A DNA stretch of 14,156 bases from Pseudomonadota bacterium. Its GTDB lineage: Bacteria; Bdellovibrionota; FAC87; UBA2466. Both the position numbers and the translations under genes were made by a program. Each line of letters opens with the position of its first letter. Positions within the stretch are counted from its first letter, which is position 1. This document shows, one piece after another, positions 9,710 through 14,156 of this stretch. The DNA lies in contig JAYSWN010000050.1 of NCBI GenBank assembly GCA_043718025.1, positions 1 to 14,156 on the forward strand. Direction: 5' to 3'. A model generated the notes under the pieces. The model worked only from the letters and a program-made list of their open reading frames with translations. It ran no database searches and was not told the DNA's origin.

Positions 9710-9782
9710 GCCGGCATAGCTCAGTTGGTAGAGCAACTGATTTGTAATCAGTAGGTCACCGGTTCAAGTCCGGTTGCCGGCT
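9710..9782 (+). tRNA. tRNA-Thr(TGT); CCA not encoded
   Basis: Acceptor stem GCCGGCA/TGCCGGC, D-arm GCTC..GAGC, anticodon stem ACTGA/TCAGT with TGT at 9743-9745, T-arm ACCGG-TTCAAGT-CCGGT. Confidence 0.97.
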
Positions 9783-9856
9783 AAGATTTTTGTGAAAGCC
9801 CCCCTAATTTCCTCATTGAAATAGAGGATTGGACATTAGAGGGTGGGCACGCATAC

Positions 9857-10007
<151 letters not shown>

Positions 10008-10139
10008 CGAAACCGAGGGCGAAATTTATCCTCTATTTTCGATTCTCGATTTTCATACGAAACGGGCTCACTCAAATAAGGGAACCGAGGCGACCGCTGA
10101 GTCCCGCCCGAAGGCGGCCCTTTGGGCCGACCGTAGCGG

Positions 10140-10160
10140 CGAATCCTCCCCCCTCCAACA
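10140..10160 (+). repeat. Third, short degenerate copy of the tRNA-Tyr 3' end
   Basis: CGAATCCTCCCCCCTCCAACA vs tRNA 9921-9941 CGAATCCTTCCCCCTCCACCA, 19/21 identical. Confidence 0.8.
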
Positions 10161-10385
10161 CCTAACGTCCAACAATGGCGCTAAGGCCGTCCTCCCAACT
10201 AGGCGTCAAGCGGATCGATAGCACAGTGGTTGGAAGTTTTCAGGAAGCCCCTCCAATGTAGCGCTCCACCGAAATTCGTATCAAAAAGGAAGTGGGTAGC
10301 CTGGCTACTGCGCCGCGCGACTGCTTTCAGTGTCAGAACAAGTTGAAACCGATTCCGAAATCGTCAGGTCGGGTCCAGCTGTACT

Positions 10386-12140
10386 TCACTTTGGATACTT
10401 CCAGCTTAGGTAATCTTCGGCCAATTCTAGGCTCGACTTCAAAGCTGCGAGGCGGTTTGCGGAGTTAAAGACATCTCGCAGCAAGGGGTCTTCATGCAGA
10501 CGTTTAGCAAGTTGTCCCAAGATGAAATCCACACGTTCTTCGGGGGGAAGGGATTTGTGGTCCTTGGCGAGGATGGAGTTCAAAAGCGCTTGGACTTTGC
10601 CGAGCGCCACCGCTCTTTCGTCCCAACCAATGCCAATCTTTTGGGCCGCTTTTTTTTGCCGCTCAAAAAGTGCGTCCCCGCGGGCCTGGAGATAGTCGTT
10701 AAACTGCGGCCATTCCCTTGAGGGGGAAGCAAAGGCTTTAGGCACCAGGATATCGGCAAGCGCAGATGAGCTTCCCCCGCGTACCAGGATCTCCATCGTA
10801 ACCAGGCCTGCAGCCCCTCGAAGCAGAATCCGAGGAGCCCCTTTCGAATCCATGAAAACTGCAGCATGAGTTTCGTAAGTAGCGCTACGGACCGTTCCCT
10901 CTAAAAACTCCTGCACGCTATCGGCGGGGGTTGCACCCAAACTTTCAAGGGTGAGCTTTCGCACCTGCGTCACCACTTGAGCATGGTGGATGAGCTCCCG
11001 CCGCCAAACCGGATCGGATACATCCGGCAAGTGATTGATGACGTCATGCGGATCGAGGATCGGCCATTTGCCAGCTAGGACCGCGGCTTTGTACGAGCCT
11101 TGATCTAGAACCCCGTTTTCAGGTCGCACGTAACCATCGCGTTGCAAACCGGTTTTGCCCTGCTCATTCTTTATCAGCGAAGGGAGCTCCTCTGGAAAAG
11201 CGAAGACAAAGGGAATCTCGAACTCTTTTGCCCAAGCATCCAGCCTAGCTTTTAACTCTTTGTCGGCAATCGGGTCCAGGCTTCCCGACTTGTAGGGAGT
11301 AGTGAGGATTTGAGCTAGGCGTTGTTGGGCGGGAGTCGGCTCGGGAACGTTGAGGACGGAATATTTAAGGGCGAGGTAAAGTTCGATCTTGCTTTCAGCG
11401 AATTTTTTGGTGACATCCCATTGGAATAAAGCGGGGGGTAAAAGACTGAATACGTCGCGGCAGAGACTGGCTTGCGCGCAAGGTGCGAAAGATAGCGCCC
11501 ACCCGACGAAAAACTTAAGCAACTTGCTGGGGCTTTTTCTCGGCACCGGACAGCGAATTCGGCTTGAAACGGTACCCATAAACGAACTCGATCCTTTGAC
11601 CGCAATACCTACGTCATACTTTCCATCGGCAATGAACGGTCCACGTTCGGGCGCACCGGCAATCCGGGCATATTTCACACTGACTGGCAGGTTTACGCGA
11701 TTAACGTGGTGCGCCATACCCTCCGAGAATACCTCATGCTCGAGGCTGAAGACCGCCATGTATCTCCCCCGCCCACTCTTTCCCCTTTTCACTAGCGGCT
11801 TATGAGGAGACTTCATAACCTCTTCCGGCTTCGCTCCAAGACGAGCGACGAGCTGGGGCGAGAAGCGATAGTCCCTGCCCACCTTGGGTGGCTTGATTTC
11901 TCCAGCCTCGATCCAACGCAAAAGAGTGCGCGCGCTCTTGCCGATTACCTTTGCCGCGGCTTCAAGTGAAAGCCAAGGCTGTTCCATTTCAGAGGCTTCT
12001 AGGATTTGAACTTCGATCAGATTGCCCTCGCGGTCATAGCCGGCGAAAACATTCTCAGAGATCGGAACATCTTTTGACACACGTCCCTCGCGAAAGAGTA
12101 GCGAGATCGCGTCAGCCTTCTTATCGAAAGTAATTCTCAT
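10386..12140 (-). CDS. Composite ORF: N-terminal DUF2283-like domain + excisionase-type (HTH_17/MerR-like) HTH, in frame with a probable separate secreted protein (likely own start GTG 11546 or TTG 11522)
   Basis: aa 1-50 MRITFDKKADAISL...GYDREGNLIEVQILEAS is DUF2283-like; aa 56-98 WLSLEAAAKVIGKSARTLLRWIEAGEI...GRDYRF is HTH_17-like; aa 199-224 PRKSPSKLLKFFVGWALSFAPCAQA is an internal signal peptide. GGAG RBS upstream of 12140. Confidence 0.65.
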   Translation of the reverse strand: MRITFDKKADAISLLFREGRVSKDVPISENVFAGYDREGNLIEVQILEASEMEQPWLSLEAAAKVIGKSARTLLRWIEAGEIKPPKVGRDYRFSPQLVARLGAKPEEVMKSPHKPLVKRGKSGRGRYMAVFSLEHEVFSEGMAHHVNRVNLPVSVKYARIAGAPERGPFIADGKYDVGIAVKGSSSFMGTVSSRIRCPVPRKSPSKLLKFFVGWALSFAPCAQASLCRDVFSLLPPALFQWDVTKKFAESKIELYLALKYSVLNVPEPTPAQQRLAQILTTPYKSGSLDPIADKELKARLDAWAKEFEIPFVFAFPEELPSLIKNEQGKTGLQRDGYVRPENGVLDQGSYKAAVLAGKWPILDPHDVINHLPDVSDPVWRRELIHHAQVVTQVRKLTLESLGATPADSVQEFLEGTVRSATYETHAAVFMDSKGAPRILLRGAAGLVTMEILVRGGSSSALADILVPKAFASPSREWPQFNDYLQARGDALFERQKKAAQKIGIGWDERAVALGKVQALLNSILAKDHKSLPPEERVDFILGQLAKRLHEDPLLRDVFNSANRLAALKSSLELAEDYLSWKYPK

Positions 12141-12205
12141 AATTTTGGCTCCCAGTTTACCATCGAAGTAATTACGACCAGACTGGGCGCTTCAATTTCG
12201 CAGAG
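12137..12205 (-). pseudogene. Probable C-terminal remnant of a DUF4258-like toxin gene
   Basis: Reads LCEIEAPSLVVITSMVNWEPKL*, and its TGA overlaps the DUF2283 ATG (ATGA). The VVIT terminal strand and this coupling are typical of DUF4258-DUF2283 pairs. Only 22 codons. Confidence 0.45.
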
Positions 12206-12589
12206 CTACACGGCAATATCAAACCCATCCCAGTTATACTCCGGCTGGAGAGACTCCCGCTTCTGACCTTTTTTACGTGTTCGCTTCAACTCAATAACGC
12301 CAAGCTGCGCCAGTTCCTGTACGTCTTTCTGCACGTTCGACTGCTCCCGTCCCAGGAACTTTGCCAGCTGACGGATAGACTCCGGCTTCTCATCCCGCAC
12401 CGCCTGCATGATACGAATCCGTTCGGGACTCAGTACTTTTGAGATTGCCGAGGCGTCGGAAAAGCTCAGCACCAAATCGTACCCCGGCTCAGCACTTTTC
12501 CCCTTATTCGCCAGTTTGAAAGCCTGGACGAAATCACGCTTCAGCTTATCCATGCCCTCTATCCTAATCTTAAATCGTCGGGTCTTCAT
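12206..12589 (-). CDS. HTH antitoxin-like regulator (HVO_A0114/COG4190-like)
   Basis: LSFSD...KVLSPERIRIM...PESIRQLAKFLGREQSNVQKDVQELAQLGVI winged-HTH pattern; ATGA overlap with the upstream gene. Confidence 0.75.
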   Translation of the reverse strand: MKTRRFKIRIEGMDKLKRDFVQAFKLANKGKSAEPGYDLVLSFSDASAISKVLSPERIRIMQAVRDEKPESIRQLAKFLGREQSNVQKDVQELAQLGVIELKRTRKKGQKRESLQPEYNWDGFDIAV

Positions 12590-12858
12590 ACAACACCTCC
12601 AAGCTTTCTAACTTGAGTCAGGAAATCATCGAACAATGCTCCCACGCTTCTAAACGAGTACTCTTTTTCGACACCGTCTACGTGAAAATGGTCGTGCTTA
12701 CCGTGGTGATTATCAAACAGAACCCGACAAACATCGTCCTGCACCCAAGCGAGCCGATACCGTACGCCGTGCGGGCGGTGCCGGTCAGAACGAATCGGCG
12801 TTACGGAATATTCGATAAAAGTGCCATCCTCAAGTACGCGGCGAACCGATGATCCCAT
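12586..12858 (-). CDS. DUF6516-like putative toxin
   Basis: RPHGVRYRL...RVLFDNHHGKHDHFH...EYSF.SVGALFDDF pattern. Start moved to ATG 12858, 7 nt after an extended -10 element. Confidence 0.75.
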   Translation of the reverse strand: MGSSVRRVLEDGTFIEYSVTPIRSDRHRPHGVRYRLAWVQDDVCRVLFDNHHGKHDHFHVDGVEKEYSFRSVGALFDDFLTQVRKLGGVV

Positions 12859-12865
12859 CAGATCT

Positions 12866-12874
12866 ATATTACCA
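12866..12874 (-). promoter_or_regulatory. Extended -10 promoter (TGGTAATAT) for a leaderless DUF6516/HTH transcript
   Basis: Minus strand reads TGTGG-TAATAT-AGATCTG-ATG; no Shine-Dalgarno sequence. Confidence 0.55.
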
Positions 12875-12985
12875 CACAACATAGGTTTCCAAGCTACCTA
12901 TATTTTATCTGCCTGCACGACACTGAGTCGCTCCGAACCAGGGCCACCCCTGATAACCACCTATGACGGCTTGCTAGGTGCCTGC

Positions 12986-13051
12986 GTAAAAAACGGTACC
13001 CACTTACTTCCGGTCAGTAAAAAACGGTACCCACTTACTTCCGGTCAGTAA
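12986..13051 (+). repeat. Perfect 31-bp tandem duplication GTAAAAAACGGTACCCACTTACTTCCGGTCA (2 copies + GTAA)
   Basis: 12986-13016 equals 13017-13047. Confidence 0.95.
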
Positions 13052-13167
13052 TTAGTTCTCAGTAAAAGACAGAGGTGACAATGGCCAAGGGTGGGTGGGT
13101 ACCCTTTTGGAGCTTCTTAATTACCCTAAAAGAAAGGTGCGCCGTCACTTCTTTGTTAGGTCACTAC

Positions 13168-13470
13168 TTACGCCGCTCTAGCATAGGAAATTCGAATGGT
13201 CTGCCCAGTAGCTCCAAGTATCCGCAGCAACACATCTATGGAAATCCCATGACTGTCACCCTTAAGAACGTTGGTAACTCGCGCACGAGACGTCTTTGCT
13301 TTTTTCGCGATTTGGGTCACCGTGAATTGGTTCCGTTTTGCGGTCTCGATAATTCTGTTCGTGAGGCTGTAGCGTAGAATCCACTCTACCGCGTCAGCCG
13401 GCGTAAGGCCCATGACCTCCGCCAACTCCCTGGCGTCACGAGTAACGATAGGTTTTACTTTTTTAGCCAT
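13168..13470 (-). CDS. XRE-family HTH antitoxin (HigA-like)
   Basis: FTVTQIAKKAKTSRARVTNVLKG...ISIDVLLRILGATG HTH; 8-nt overlap with the toxin stop; AAGGAG RBS inside the toxin 3' end. Confidence 0.8.
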   Translation of the reverse strand: MAKKVKPIVTRDARELAEVMGLTPADAVEWILRYSLTNRIIETAKRNQFTVTQIAKKAKTSRARVTNVLKGDSHGISIDVLLRILGATGQTIRISYARAA

Positions 13471-13789
13471 TGAGCAACTCCTTAAGGCGCTTCGCGCCCA
13501 AATCTATTTCATTCGACGGCGTCTGCTGCGTCTTTTTCTTGAAAGCATGGAAAACTAGTACCCGATTTTCCACTTTCAGATAGTAAAACGCCCGGTAAAC
13601 GCCATCCGGTCCTCTAACCCGAAACTCGCTCACACCCGCTGCAACATCGGGCATTGGTCGCGAGGCTGGCAAGCCAAGCGACTCCCCTTGCTGTACGCGA
13701 AAAATGAGGTAACCAAGCTCCCGTCTGATCTCCTCAGGAAAACCCTTTACCTCGATGAGCGCTTTCGGATGCCAGACTACCTTTTTCAC
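13463..13789 (-). CDS. RelE/ParE-superfamily toxin (HigB/Gp49-like)
   Basis: SRPMP...GVSEFRVR...YRAFY...VLVFHAFKKKTQQTP..EIDL...RLK. The true start is probably GTG 13789; the longer ORF's N-terminus is antisense tRNA and promoter sequence. Confidence 0.85.
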   Translation of the reverse strand: MKKVVWHPKALIEVKGFPEEIRRELGYLIFRVQQGESLGLPASRPMPDVAAGVSEFRVRGPDGVYRAFYYLKVENRVLVFHAFKKKTQQTPSNEIDLGAKRLKELLNG

Positions 13790-13797
13790 TACCGAAG

Positions 13798-13826
13798 ATT
13801 GTACCGAATTCGGTACAGCATAGCAA
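13798..13826 (-). promoter_or_regulatory. sigma70 promoter of the RelE/XRE operon with an 18-bp palindromic operator
   Basis: -35 TTGCTA (13826-13821), 17 bp, -10 TACAAT (13803-13798), then 8 nt to GTG. Perfect palindrome TGTACCGAATTCGGTACA at 13800-13817. Confidence 0.8.
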
Positions 13827-13924
13827 GGAAGTAAGAGGCCACCCCTCTCTTTTCCGGTCTCCACGCCTCTTACTTTTACATTTCTGAAACCAACCCTTTC
13901 GGCTATAAATAACTGGTCAACGAC

Positions 13925-14049
<125 letters not shown>

Positions 14050-14110
14050 AGGAAAAAAGTATCCGTTACACTGCTGTCCGGTTCGCTGCGGTGCGCGTTA
14101 ACGCCATTTC

Positions 14111-14146
14111 CGTCCTTGCGAGGGTTCGAAGAATCCGTGGCAATCT
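14111..14146 (+). repeat. REP-like palindromic unit of the GTCATTGCGAG...GCAATC type
   Basis: CGTCCTTGCGAG-GGTTCGAAGAATC-CGTGGCAATCT, with an inner hairpin and outer TTGC/GCAA pairing. Recognised by resemblance only. Confidence 0.45.
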
Positions 14147-14156
14147 TCCCAGCATT

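Noticed and set aside
1..9782. Functional link between thrABC and tRNA-Thr
   Set aside because: They are 6 kb apart with unrelated genes between. Thr-Tyr tRNA pairs are a standard cluster, and any thr attenuator would lie upstream of the window.
11568..11795. Start-less + strand open frame (...STFGRTGNPGIFHTDWQVYAINVVRHTLREYL...) opposite the filler of the fused ORF
   Set aside because: Looks protein-like and may be a gene fragment, but it has no early start or RBS and no family I can recognise.
12986..13051. CRISPR array
   Set aside because: Two abutting copies, no spacer, no cas genes.

Overview
Bacterial chromosomal window in three parts. (1) 1-3731: the threonine biosynthesis operon thrA (5'-truncated by the window edge), thrB, thrC. 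(2) 3761-9489: envelope/secreted-protein genes: a GT87-like membrane glycosyltransferase, a probable beta-propeller lipoprotein, a secreted hypothetical protein, and a divergent pair of secreted proteases (trypsin-like serine protease and matrixin-type metzincin). (3) 9613-14156: a sigma70 promoter, tRNA-Thr(TGT) and tRNA-Tyr(GTA), then a 4,042-bp island bounded by a 125-bp direct repeat (9883-10007 / 13925-14049, one mismatch) that begins at the tRNA-Tyr anticodon stem. No integrase is visible in the island. It holds two apparently intact toxin-first TA-like operons with leaderless promoters (RelE-like + XRE-HTH; DUF6516-like + HTH), a probable remnant of a third (DUF4258-like tail + DUF2283-HTH), and a secreted-type protein fused in frame to the DUF2283-HTH gene. 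A short GGTACCCAC-type motif recurs near module junctions, hinting at cassette-like assembly. Family assignments come from motif recognition by eye, not database searches.
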